IMG/VR virus record: IMGVR_UViG_3300022744_000020
Coordinates: 186,001 to 250,000 of that record
Reading direction: 5' to 3' (one strand)
DNA length: 64,000 nt
Positions 28,902 to 38,263 of the stretch are shown in pieces (position 1 is the stretch's first letter; the number at the start of each line of letters is the position of its first letter). Position numbers and translations under genes: made by a program. Under the pieces are notes generated by a model. It saw nothing but the letters and a program-made list of their open reading frames with translations, did no database searches and had not been told where the DNA came from.

Positions 28902-29981
28902 ATGATCTACGACATGCAAGCTTGGGCTCCGAAGCAAAACGTTCGGCACATTCCTGAGTTGGTTGAAAAAGCCAATCGCTATCGAAACAAAACCCAGAAA
29001 ACGAACCAGGGCGGAAACGTTACCCACCTGGGAATGGAGGGGTTCTTCGATTGGTTCACCAAGAAAGAAGAGAAGAAAACCGAAGGCCAAAAGCCGGACC
29101 ACATTGTCGTCTCCGCTGGGGAAGTCGAGAGAGTCCTGGCGGAGGCATCTAAGAAGGTCTCGGAGGGGAAAGAATACCTCATTCGTTCCAGCTATCTTCG
29201 GGGATGTGGAACTCCGGAAAATGCGCTTAAATCTCTGGCAAACCTGGAGAAGGTGGCTCATGGGCTGCCCAAGAGAAGCGCGGAGCTTTACGCGCAGTTA
29301 GAAGAGCTTCACTCTCTTTTGGATTCCGCACTTGGTGGTGGGGAAGGCATCCCGGAAAAAGCTGAAGCCTTGGCCAAGAAGATCAAGGATCTCAAAGCCT
29401 ACTTCCCTTTCTTGGAGTCAAAGAAGCTCGGGGATCACGAAAGAGAAGACAAGCATCGGCTGAGTTTCGAGTATCTTGATCCAGAGGGTGGTTTCAAGGT
29501 CGGTGTTGAGATGCCCGTTACTACCGATCTGGATGAGTTCAAGACGAACTGGGTGATCATCCTGATGTCTTCCTTTGATTCGGCATGCCTGAATCTGATT
29601 CTGGAAGTTCAAAAGCAAGACGCCGAACAAGGATTTAAGATTGGAGCGCAAGAACTTCAGTCTCTGATCTCGACTCTGAGCAAGATGCACAAAGGCGTGG
29701 TGGAAATCACCGCTCGTGAGACATCTGGGCTTCAAGTGAATCTTCAGAAGAAAGCCGATCAGCTCTATGAACGCTACAGCGACATGGATGCCAATGAAGA
29801 TGAGCGGTACACACGGTTCGGTAAATCGGGATCGGAACACAGCGGAGTTGACCTGGACGAAATTGGCCAGATCCTTTACTGCTTCAACGAGTATTATTGC
29901 TGGTCGATGGACTCGTTTGCAGAGAACCTGCTGGACGTGTATTTGGACGTGGTTGCCCACGTTGCTAATGCGGTGAAGTAA
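28902..29981 (+). CDS. Putative phiKZ-like internal head protein
   Basis: N-terminal region ending LGME|GFFDWF, resembling S/A/G-x-E prohead protease sites; helical body. Confidence 0.55.
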   Translation: MIYDMQAWAPKQNVRHIPELVEKANRYRNKTQKTNQGGNVTHLGMEGFFDWFTKKEEKKTEGQKPDHIVVSAGEVERVLAEASKKVSEGKEYLIRSSYLRGCGTPENALKSLANLEKVAHGLPKRSAELYAQLEELHSLLDSALGGGEGIPEKAEALAKKIKDLKAYFPFLESKKLGDHEREDKHRLSFEYLDPEGGFKVGVEMPVTTDLDEFKTNWVIILMSSFDSACLNLILEVQKQDAEQGFKIGAQELQSLISTLSKMHKGVVEITARETSGLQVNLQKKADQLYERYSDMDANEDERYTRFGKSGSEHSGVDLDEIGQILYCFNEYYCWSMDSFAENLLDVYLDVVAHVANAVK

Positions 29982-29992
29982 TCACTTAAAGC

Positions 29993-30033
29993 TACAGCTA
30001 CCTTCCTTGGGTTATCCAAGGAAGGTAGCTGTA
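29993..30033. terminator. Long hairpin terminator
   Basis: 18-bp stem TACAGCTACCTTCCTTGG/CCAAGGAAGGTAGCTGTA. Confidence 0.8.
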
Positions 30034-30087
30034 TGTAGTTTATTTGGAACATAGATTATCTAGCACAAGCAACTTAAGAGGTGTAAG

Positions 30088-30498
30088 ATGTCTCTCCGCA
30101 CTAACGGCTTTAAGATCGATGCCAAAGTATTTGAAACCGATTCTTTCTACCCCAGTCCGGTGGAGGTGGAGTTGTTGAAGTTTATGGACGGAAACAACCC
30201 TGATCGTGAGTACGTCATTCCCGCGGAAGATCTCGGCCTTTTCATCAAGCTGATGTTCAACCGGTATCGAGGGTTGCGTGAGCTTACGGCTCAATTACGT
30301 CAAGAGTGTGACATCGACCACGACAATTCAAACGACTGGAAAAGTAGGGCAATGCAGGCAGAAGAAAAAATACAGGCATTGAATCGACAAGTGGCTGAAC
30401 TCACGCAGGAGCGAGATCGACTCAAGGGCAAATGCGATGACTTTCGGCTGGAGAAACTCAAGCTCGCTAGAGAGATCTCTAAATTCATCAACGAATGA
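30088..30498 (+). CDS. Coiled-coil hypothetical protein
   Basis: Heptad-rich C-terminal half. Confidence 0.75.
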   Translation: MSLRTNGFKIDAKVFETDSFYPSPVEVELLKFMDGNNPDREYVIPAEDLGLFIKLMFNRYRGLRELTAQLRQECDIDHDNSNDWKSRAMQAEEKIQALNRQVAELTQERDRLKGKCDDFRLEKLKLAREISKFINE

Positions 30499-30529
30499 TG
30501 TTTCTTCTTTGATAGAAAGGGGTTTGTAA

Positions 30530-31126
30530 ATGGAAAAACTACGGCTCGACCAACTTTGGTCGCTCATTGCGGAGGTTCGTTGGATCTTTGCCAATCATTA
30601 CGAACTGTATGGATCGGCAGGATCCCCAGGGATCCATGGTCGTCCCCCATTGTTCTCCTCGATTGACGTGATTCAAGTATATACGAAATGGACCAAAGAG
30701 CGTGCTGAAAACTACCTGGAGACTTTGAAAGAAAACGGGTTCGCCTTCACGTATCACTTTCTGGAAGATGTGTATTATTGCCCTATCCACGATCTGGTTC
30801 CTCAGTCTCCAAGCTTGGTTGATTTCACGGACAAATACCAGCAGTATAGAAAAGAAAAGCTGGAATTGGAAATGCCATTCGAAGAAGGAGTCTTGGAATG
30901 TCTTCGAGTAAGTTGCTACTTGAAGAGTCTTCTGCGCGAAATCAACCAAATGGGGGACTTCCGGAACATTGTCGAGAACCCATATCGGCGATCGGCTTTC
31001 CTGGTGCAGTATAATCCGATCTTGGGAATTCTGCAAGTTCGTGTTCGAGCCAACGACGAAGCAACTGCCCGGACGGCCCTGAACGTCGTCCAGGAAAAAT
31101 TCCCCAAACTTTTCGTAACGGAGTAA
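30530..31126 (+). CDS. Hypothetical protein
   Basis: ORF in operon. Confidence 0.75.
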   Translation: MEKLRLDQLWSLIAEVRWIFANHYELYGSAGSPGIHGRPPLFSSIDVIQVYTKWTKERAENYLETLKENGFAFTYHFLEDVYYCPIHDLVPQSPSLVDFTDKYQQYRKEKLELEMPFEEGVLECLRVSCYLKSLLREINQMGDFRNIVENPYRRSAFLVQYNPILGILQVRVRANDEATARTALNVVQEKFPKLFVTE

Positions 31127-31129
31127 AAA

Positions 31130-31717
31130 ATGCAAGCAATAAAATTGAATCTAGCATCCAACCTGCAAGAAGGTCACCACTTGATCGTCCATGGGGTCAA
31201 TACCCTCGGCTTCATGGGCGCTGGTGTGGCCAAGGCTCTGGCCAGGGAACATCCGAAACTCAGGGGTCATTACCGGAAGTACATATCGGATCGTCTGTCG
31301 GGTCAAGATTGTTTCGCCTCGTTCGATAAACCCCCAGCAAAAAGACATTCGGATCTGTTGGGTGAGATTTTTTACTTCGATGTGAATAACGGGAGAAAGT
31401 CTGGACCTGTCATCGCCAATCTTTTCTGTCAGGCGCAACTGAGGAAATATAAGGGAGAGGTGGTCGCAAGCCGGAACGCCATACTGAAAGGCATGGCGAA
31501 CATCATCCGTTCGGAGGCCGTCAATAACAGCCACGCCTTCATGTTCGATGATCCGAACTACGACAAGAAGGTCTCATCCATTCCGGCGACCAACATCTAT
31601 TTTCCTCGAATTGGATGCGATCTTGGGGGATTGGATTGGAATGAGTTGGGGCCAAAAATCTTTGAGTTGTTCAAGGACCAGACGCACGTTCGTCCGGTTC
31701 TGGTGGAGTGGCCTTGA
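31130..31717 (+). CDS. Macrodomain (ADP-ribose hydrolase-like) protein
   Basis: IVHGVNTLGFMGAGVAKAL, IANLFCQ, FPRIGCDLGGLDW. Confidence 0.9.
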   Translation: MQAIKLNLASNLQEGHHLIVHGVNTLGFMGAGVAKALAREHPKLRGHYRKYISDRLSGQDCFASFDKPPAKRHSDLLGEIFYFDVNNGRKSGPVIANLFCQAQLRKYKGEVVASRNAILKGMANIIRSEAVNNSHAFMFDDPNYDKKVSSIPATNIYFPRIGCDLGGLDWNELGPKIFELFKDQTHVRPVLVEWP

Positions 31718-31748
31718 GTTCTGTTTTCGCTTTTAATAGCAGGAGTAA

Positions 31749-31952
31749 GTGATGAGCACTGACTACAAACTCCTCTGCCGCGAACACAACGTGGCTATCG
31801 ATGCCTGCAGCCGACAAGCGTTCGGGGTCTGTATCGCTTCGGATGGTCACAACCTCGCGAACTTCATCATCGACCATCAAAGCTGCAAGTTGGAAGTAGC
31901 TCGTGAAGGCTCCGATGAATTTCAAGACACTCCTGACTACCAAGGAAGCTGA
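31749..31952 (+). CDS. Small hypothetical protein
   Basis: AGGAG RBS. Confidence 0.65.
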   Translation: MMSTDYKLLCREHNVAIDACSRQAFGVCIASDGHNLANFIIDHQSCKLEVAREGSDEFQDTPDYQGS

Positions 31953-31953
31953 A

Positions 31954-32205
31954 ATGAAAGCTCGAACTAAAAAGAAACTTCTCGTGGCAAAGTCATTCCA
32001 CGCTCTGAAAGAAAAGTCCGGCAACGCTCGTGCGTTGAGGTTCTCAGAAGGGTACTTCCCTCAGAACGACCTACATTTGGCCAATCTCGATACGTCCATG
32101 TTTCCGCTGACTTGCGATTGCGAGAATACGGTAGTGGAAACGCCGCACGAGATTGGGACAACGTGTCATCTCTGTGGTTGTGTGATTAACTTCCCCAAGG
32201 ATTAA
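31954..32205 (+). CDS. Small Cys-containing hypothetical protein
   Basis: CDC...CHLC; AAGGA RBS. Confidence 0.6.
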   Translation: MKARTKKKLLVAKSFHALKEKSGNARALRFSEGYFPQNDLHLANLDTSMFPLTCDCENTVVETPHEIGTTCHLCGCVINFPKD

Positions 32206-32208
32206 AAA

Positions 32209-32589
32209 ATGCCCTGTGCTGATACTCAAAGTAAAAGCATTGATGAATTCGTCCTCGACCATTACCGGCAAGGAGTAAGGATTCTTTGTGACCAAATCGG
32301 CAAAGAATTCAAAAGTGGAAAAGTGAGGAACCTCACAGTTCTGAAATGGTACCGAGATCACCGGTATCTGGACGCGTTTGGTTCCTTCGGATACAAAACC
32401 GATGCCACAATCGAGAGAATCCGTAGGAATTGCCAGGTTCGAGGTACTTTTGGAGATCCTCAAAAGACCCTCATCGTCCTCGAGCTTTTGGATGTCATCG
32501 AGACCCTTGCAAAGCTCGAGGGTATCACCGAAGAGCAGGTTCAAGTAAACGAGTTGAGGCTCGAAATTAAGAATCGGACCACGCTATGA
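32209..32589 (+). CDS. Hypothetical protein
   Basis: ORF in operon. Confidence 0.7.
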   Translation: MPCADTQSKSIDEFVLDHYRQGVRILCDQIGKEFKSGKVRNLTVLKWYRDHRYLDAFGSFGYKTDATIERIRRNCQVRGTFGDPQKTLIVLELLDVIETLAKLEGITEEQVQVNELRLEIKNRTTL

Positions 32590-33113
32590 AAATGAAACAA
32601 CGGCGCCGAATGGCCTCCATTCAGATCGAGCGCTTACCACGACAAGCAAAGATCTTCAAAGCCTCCGCAGCAACTCAAAAGGCCGCAGTCAAATGGTTCC
32701 GACTGCTGCGCTCCGGCTTTAAGATTGACGATGGCGGATTCTGCAATCCCGATCTGAAGGAATTCAACATCGCGCGACAGTATACACCTGGAGGCCATCA
32801 GCGACTCGAGGAGTATCTGGGGGCATTGATGTACGTGCAGCGCCTCGGGGTTGATTATCGTGGAAAGCCCGTCGGGAAGATTCTGCGCAAATCTTTCTGG
32901 AATACGATAAATTGGGTGGTTCGTGAGGTCAGCACTCGACGCTACGAGCACAGCCAACATACAGCGGAATACGAAGCCCGCTGGCTGAAAGAAGACGGCT
33001 ACGGCATCCCCGAGGGAAAGAAGGCCAAACACCAACCAGCCTGGAATGATCGAATTCGCTTCAAGGTGAAATCAGCCAACAGCAATTCCACAATGACCGT
33101 TTGGTTCGTCTAA
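32586..33113 (+). CDS. Hypothetical basic protein
   Basis: ORF in operon. Confidence 0.7.
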   Translation: MKMKQRRRMASIQIERLPRQAKIFKASAATQKAAVKWFRLLRSGFKIDDGGFCNPDLKEFNIARQYTPGGHQRLEEYLGALMYVQRLGVDYRGKPVGKILRKSFWNTINWVVREVSTRRYEHSQHTAEYEARWLKEDGYGIPEGKKAKHQPAWNDRIRFKVKSANSNSTMTVWFV

Positions 33114-33129
33114 CGACTGACCGGCGTAT

Positions 33130-33170
33130 ACCCAGCACCCACACCCCTTGAATGGGTGTGGGTGCTGGGT
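33130..33170. terminator. Bidirectional terminator between convergent genes
   Basis: 17-bp perfect stem ACCCAGCACCCACACCC/GGGTGTGGGTGCTGGGT. Confidence 0.85.
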
Positions 33171-33175
33171 TAGCC

Positions 33176-34189
33176 TTAAGCTATTTTGTTTTCGTCCAGA
33201 TACTGACGGTACCTGGGCTTGAGCTTCTTCAGAATCGTTTCCGCGTAGCTTCGATTGATCTCGAAGAACGTTTGTCGATACTCTTTCATTTTCGGCACGT
33301 TCTTCAGTCGGCTGGTGAGTTCTACGTTACCGAACCAGACATCTGGATCACAACCAGGGGTCACCTTGCAGATTTTCCGGTCACTAGAAACTCGACCCAA
33401 ACCAGCGTTGTAGCCAATCAGCATCATGGCCTCGTGATCTTCTCGGGTTTTAGTCCCAGTGATCTTTGACCAATTGTACCGATTCTTCAAAACGAAAGCT
33501 TGAATTTGATACCGACTGTTTTGAAGGTTTCGATCCCAACCCCAGTCTGCCAGATATTCTGGAAATTGAGCTCTAAGCTCGGATACCACGTCCATCTTGG
33601 CGGTGCGGGTGAACTGCCCCAGTCCAATTCCTTCTTCCCAGGCAGTTTTGGCACGAGCGGTCGGACTGAAGCAAAATCGGTGGGTTTCCGATGGACACGT
33701 CTCCCGGTGAATTTGTGCAGCCAGCGTTGCGAAGTCCGCATCAGGCCAAATTTTAGATCCTTCCCAAACGAGTTCCGGAATGACTTTCTTTGCAGCCTCA
33801 GGAACGCTTGCCTTAGAAGGCGAGGAGAACATCAGTAGCGATGCGAAGACGATGAAAATCCCCAACACGTACACCGACCTGGCCAACGGGTCCTTTTTGG
33901 AATCAAACCACGCTTCCTTGAGATTCACGTACGGCCAAAGCACTCGGCGCACGACGTGGAACGCAGCCATCATCCAGAACGCTTCTGCCGCCTTACCTCC
34001 AACGTAAGCCATTGCCGGCTCATTGAAAACAGAGGTCAGGAAATAAGAGAAGAAGTTCAGGAACAGCCCCATCGTGAACAGTCCAATCACGCGAGTCGTG
34101 TCGGACCATTTCTTTCGATTGAAAGAGAAGTTCGTGAAATCGGTGACGGCATCAAACAAGCCGTCTTTATCAGGTTTTTCGGTACTCAT
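33176..34189 (-). CDS. Three-TM holin-like domain fused to an SLT lytic transglycosylase
   Basis: Three hydrophobic segments, then AAQIHRET (catalytic Glu), GLGQFT, GYNAGLG. Confidence 0.75.
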   Translation of the reverse strand: MSTEKPDKDGLFDAVTDFTNFSFNRKKWSDTTRVIGLFTMGLFLNFFSYFLTSVFNEPAMAYVGGKAAEAFWMMAAFHVVRRVLWPYVNLKEAWFDSKKDPLARSVYVLGIFIVFASLLMFSSPSKASVPEAAKKVIPELVWEGSKIWPDADFATLAAQIHRETCPSETHRFCFSPTARAKTAWEEGIGLGQFTRTAKMDVVSELRAQFPEYLADWGWDRNLQNSRYQIQAFVLKNRYNWSKITGTKTREDHEAMMLIGYNAGLGRVSSDRKICKVTPGCDPDVWFGNVELTSRLKNVPKMKEYRQTFFEINRSYAETILKKLKPRYRQYLDENKIA

Positions 34190-34269
34190 ATACACCTTTC
34201 GGTTAATAAGAGGTAAACTCCTTACCCCTCTACACGATAAGAATAAACCACATTGCAGACTTATTTGAA

Positions 34270-34280
34270 CACATATTACC
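34270..34280 (+). promoter_or_regulatory. Phage promoter-like motif
   Basis: CACATATTACC; the opposite strand reads TATG upstream of the divergent SLT gene. Confidence 0.55.
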
Positions 34281-34319
34281 AGTCTGATTTATCACCCCCA
34301 ACTCAGGAGAAAAATCCTA

Positions 34320-34703
34320 ATGGACGACATGCAATTGGAAGCCTACAAGGCCGCTTTGAGGCTTGAAGCGGAATCGGTCGCCGAGAACGCCGTCGGCGCC
34401 TACCTTCATCAGAAGTACGATCTGATCAAGGAGATCCAGGATGAGGTTCTGGGTCAGAACCCGGATTGGTTTGAGATCCTGGATGGATTTGAGTTTCCTC
34501 GCAAGAAGGAGATCGAAGCAGTACACGAGGCCATCGACCAGGTCCTCAGTGGCTACGGCATCACTTCTGAAGGCCGTCCGAAGTATTCGTTCTTCCGGAC
34601 TCTTCCGGAGTTCGAGTTCTTCCCGGCCGAGAAAGATTCCTTCGGCTGGCTCATTGGTGGATGTCGGCGATTGAGTGATGACATCGTGGCTTACTACGGC
34701 TGA
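34320..34703 (+). CDS. Hypothetical acidic protein
   Basis: AGGAG RBS. Confidence 0.75.
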   Translation: MDDMQLEAYKAALRLEAESVAENAVGAYLHQKYDLIKEIQDEVLGQNPDWFEILDGFEFPRKKEIEAVHEAIDQVLSGYGITSEGRPKYSFFRTLPEFEFFPAEKDSFGWLIGGCRRLSDDIVAYYG

Positions 34704-34739
34704 TCTAAACTGGGGCAGAGATGCCCCTAGGAGAAACAA

Positions 34740-35189
34740 ATGTCTCTGATGATGTATCTGCTGGAGCGAAATATTCGCCTCAGCGAATGGGAAAATTACG
34801 CCGACGAAGGCATCCAAGCCACGCGTGGGGTTAGCGGAACGACCTTTGCCACGATGCCAGCATCCAAGTCGGACAAGATGGCAAACCATATTGTCAGCCA
34901 GCTCAGCCACGATAAGGTCGTCCAGCTCGTTGCGTCGGAGTGGGAGAGGCTCCCCAGCGTGATGCGTCTGCTGATCTCGGACAAGTGCCACAACGCCAAC
35001 TGCTCCGGCAATGCGCGAAAAGGCATTCAGCGCCTCGATAAGCTCCTGAAAGGAAAACTCCTCACTCAGGAGAAGTTCGAACTCAAGTCCAGAGTTCGTG
35101 TCGAGACAGTGGATGGCGTTCGATACGTCGATCGGCGCATCTCCGGGAGCGAGGCCGGCGCTCGTCGCAAACACCAACTCCTGAAGTAA
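34740..35189 (+). CDS. Hypothetical protein
   Basis: AGGAG RBS. Confidence 0.75.
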   Translation: MSLMMYLLERNIRLSEWENYADEGIQATRGVSGTTFATMPASKSDKMANHIVSQLSHDKVVQLVASEWERLPSVMRLLISDKCHNANCSGNARKGIQRLDKLLKGKLLTQEKFELKSRVRVETVDGVRYVDRRISGSEAGARRKHQLLK

Positions 35190-35200
35190 ACGGGAAAACC

Positions 35201-35812
35201 ATGAAAAAGCCAAGGAATATTGTCTGGTGTTCTAGCCGGCCGGATGTCCGAAATAGCTTGACCCCGACGATCTGTTTGGGGTGTTGGACCGTTCAAAGGT
35301 ATCCGCTTTTGGAGAAAATCCTTAGCGAGATCACCACTACCTTCAAGGGGACGGAAGTCATCATCGTCGAAGAAGAAGATCCGACAAAGTTCCAAGAGAT
35401 GGTGATCGTAGGGATTGACGATGGTCAGGCGGAGAAAATTCAGGCGTCCCTGAAAGAGATCGTGGCGCTGGAAAAGCTGGAAGATCCAATCTTCGACGAA
35501 TACAAAGGAGTAATGTCTTGGTCCGAAAATCTGACCAAGTCGTGGATCTATTACCGTCGCAATCAGATTGCCGGGCACGTCCCGATCGTCTGGATTGGTA
35601 ATGGTTTTGTTAAGATCGACACAGTCCAGGGCTGGGTCGTCGTGCGTGTGAGTGACCTGTCCTCTTACTGCCTGGCGGATTTCCGTGGAGATTCGCCGTT
35701 CCCCGATGCTGTGATTTTGAACCTCGGCCGCTCTGAAATCTTCCTCAGGTACCCCGATGAGAACGAAGCATTGAAAATGTTTCGGCTTCTTCAAGGCTGT
35801 GCTTTCCTGTAA
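35201..35812 (+). CDS. Hypothetical protein, dispersed member of paralog family A
   Basis: GNGFVKI...IFLRYPDENEALKM. Confidence 0.7.
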   Translation: MKKPRNIVWCSSRPDVRNSLTPTICLGCWTVQRYPLLEKILSEITTTFKGTEVIIVEEEDPTKFQEMVIVGIDDGQAEKIQASLKEIVALEKLEDPIFDEYKGVMSWSENLTKSWIYYRRNQIAGHVPIVWIGNGFVKIDTVQGWVVVRVSDLSSYCLADFRGDSPFPDAVILNLGRSEIFLRYPDENEALKMFRLLQGCAFL

Positions 35813-35843
35813 TTCAATCACCCAGACGAAAAAAGGATTCCCC

Positions 35844-37352
35844 ATGATTTTCTTCCCCAGCACCAAGAACAAGCACTGGTGGCTCGACGCCGCCACCCTG
35901 TCGACGATCGTGGATGATGCTCTCAAGTCTCTCAATGCGTCCGAGTCGTGGACGAAGTATCTGTCCGCCACCCTGATGGACTTCGACGGCGTCAAGATCT
36001 GGATATTCGATTACAAGTGTCCGTGGGATCCGACAAAGAACGTTTCCGAATGGAAGCGTGTCGAAAACTATCTCGATTTGGCTCAGCTCCGGGCCGTCCT
36101 CGAGGAGTCGGAACGCAAGGAGGTTTTCCGCTACGTCGGAGATCGTGATTTGCTCAAGGTGGGCGATGTCGTCACCTACTACGACGAAGAAGGCTGGGGG
36201 CAGAAGGCTCCGAACGGCATTCTTTTGCGGGTTAAGGAATTCGCTCCCAGGATCGGGCACAATGCCCCTTACTATTGGCCGATCAAGAGGAAAGGGATGG
36301 ATTCGGAAGAACTCGTCTGGTCGGTGTCGCGAGGCGAGGTCACGTACGTCCGCGAGGATACTGGTACTGAAGTCACGGACGCCAGCGAATACAACATCTC
36401 CCTGGCCACTCCGGTCTGTGGTGGGGATCCGGTGGCTGTTCTGGCGGAGCGCAAAGAGCACGCCAAGAAGAACCCCGGAGAGCACTCAAGGGTTCTTGGT
36501 CCCGTCGTGGATCCGAAATTCTATCCGGGCGATCAGGTCTGGTGGATGGATCCGAATCAAGGTCAGGAAACCTTGAAGATGATCGGAGATGCTTTCCCTC
36601 TGAACGGGGCAGAAGCTTGCTACAACTTCGATGAGCAAGGCCAGAAGGGCTATGCAAAGATCGAGGAAAAAGACCTCCGCCTCGACTCGCGCGGCAACCA
36701 CTACCGCTGGGCAACCGGAGGCGTGACGCACTTTACCACCATCGAAGAAGAGTTCAAGTTCTGGTGCGCCGTTGGCGTGATCAGTTCGGTTCGCAATCCG
36801 GATAACGGCTACTATTCGTGGACACTGGACGAGGTCTATGAACAACAGAACACAGGTCGTTGGCTTATCGCCCAAGGAGCCATGATCCAGACCGGTGAGA
36901 AACGGGCCAACTTGGACGTCTTGGAGATCCCCAGCAATCTCCCTCACGTCTGGGAATGGTTGAAAGAAAAGCAGCGTGTGGCTGTGGCGGAGGAAATGTC
37001 ACGCCCGGTGGAGGGGAAGGCTGTGGTTCGAGGCACCGGCCTGTTCCCGGAAGGCGGCCGCATCCTGATCACGCGCCCGATCCGAGACGAGCGCACGGGT
37101 GAGTGTTTCAGGACCGAGGTGACGGAGGAGATCTACATCTGCACTTCGGTACAGCCCGAGGGTTCTCGTGTGGGTCCTGGTGGGCGCGTGATCCGCATCC
37201 ATTGCACTGACAAGGTGATCGAGTACCGCAGCCATCGGGCCAGTATCGAAGTAAGCCGCATCCGAGCGCACTTTGCTGCACTGGAGAACGCACGGGTGAT
37301 CGCAAGCATGAAGCGCTTCGGAATCAACAACCCTGAAAAGAAAACCGACTGA
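35844..37352 (+). CDS. Multi-module hypothetical protein with SH3-like units
   Basis: ACCCAGACGAAAAAAGGA leader; LKVGDVV and FYPGDQVWW modules. Confidence 0.8.
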   Translation: MIFFPSTKNKHWWLDAATLSTIVDDALKSLNASESWTKYLSATLMDFDGVKIWIFDYKCPWDPTKNVSEWKRVENYLDLAQLRAVLEESERKEVFRYVGDRDLLKVGDVVTYYDEEGWGQKAPNGILLRVKEFAPRIGHNAPYYWPIKRKGMDSEELVWSVSRGEVTYVREDTGTEVTDASEYNISLATPVCGGDPVAVLAERKEHAKKNPGEHSRVLGPVVDPKFYPGDQVWWMDPNQGQETLKMIGDAFPLNGAEACYNFDEQGQKGYAKIEEKDLRLDSRGNHYRWATGGVTHFTTIEEEFKFWCAVGVISSVRNPDNGYYSWTLDEVYEQQNTGRWLIAQGAMIQTGEKRANLDVLEIPSNLPHVWEWLKEKQRVAVAEEMSRPVEGKAVVRGTGLFPEGGRILITRPIRDERTGECFRTEVTEEIYICTSVQPEGSRVGPGGRVIRIHCTDKVIEYRSHRASIEVSRIRAHFAALENARVIASMKRFGINNPEKKTD

Positions 37353-37454
37353 GCGAACATCGGGCGAGAAGCTAGAACTCCGACAAGGGTAAAGTCTTCT
37401 CGCCTATGTCGTTTCGTTAAAATCCATCGTTAATATCGAGCTAGTGAGAATCAG

Positions 37455-38237
37455 ATGCAAAAGCCTACCATCCCTGTCTTCGTTAAGCAAGAACCCATGG
37501 ACCCCAACCATCCGTTGGATGTGGACCAGAAGCTCATGGATGACCTCCGGGTGATCCAGGTCCTGGCGACTGAGCAGCCCAGTGGGGGTCCGAAGTCAAG
37601 CTTCCTGCAGGGGCTGCACAAGCAACTGACCTGGTACGGGATCTGGACCCGGCATCATGACTACAGCAGCCACGTAGCCGCCATGCGCGCGGTCTACTGG
37701 GCTGCGGGTTATTTGGTCGGCGCCAAGTCGCATGCGAACAACCCCGAAATGACGGCGCTGATCGACCTCCTCTCGGCCTGGGTGCAGAAGGCTGGCGACC
37801 ATCTCAGTCGCTGGATGTTCGATGATCGTTCCCGGGTTCCGCATCTGAACTATTGCCCGGAGCAGAAGATCAATACCTTCTCGGTCTTGCAAAAGACCGA
37901 CCGGCAGACCGCAGATCCTTCCTGGGATGGATTCACCTGCCCTCGCTGCCGTGGTCATCTGTTCAGCACGATGACTCTTCCGGCAACCACGGATCTGCCG
38001 GAAGGTCAGTCGGTTGGTTACTGCAATAGCTACCTCCCCAATGCCGTCCCTGACCTGACGACTCGCTGTGGCTTCACTTGGGATCGCAACGATCAAGCAA
38101 TGGAGGCGATCTGCATGTACTCCAAGCCGAGGGAGGAGTGGATGGATTCTTTCCCATCCGGATTCCCGACCCAGAAGACAGCGCCGATCGTCTCCCAGAT
38201 CCAGACCCTGGGAGACGATCCTCCGAATTACCCGTAA
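37455..38237 (+). CDS. Hypothetical protein with C-terminal Zn ribbon
   Basis: CPRC...YC...RC. Confidence 0.7.
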   Translation: MQKPTIPVFVKQEPMDPNHPLDVDQKLMDDLRVIQVLATEQPSGGPKSSFLQGLHKQLTWYGIWTRHHDYSSHVAAMRAVYWAAGYLVGAKSHANNPEMTALIDLLSAWVQKAGDHLSRWMFDDRSRVPHLNYCPEQKINTFSVLQKTDRQTADPSWDGFTCPRCRGHLFSTMTLPATTDLPEGQSVGYCNSYLPNAVPDLTTRCGFTWDRNDQAMEAICMYSKPREEWMDSFPSGFPTQKTAPIVSQIQTLGDDPPNYP

Positions 38238-38263
38238 CGCAATCCATTCTAGGAGCTTAAGTC

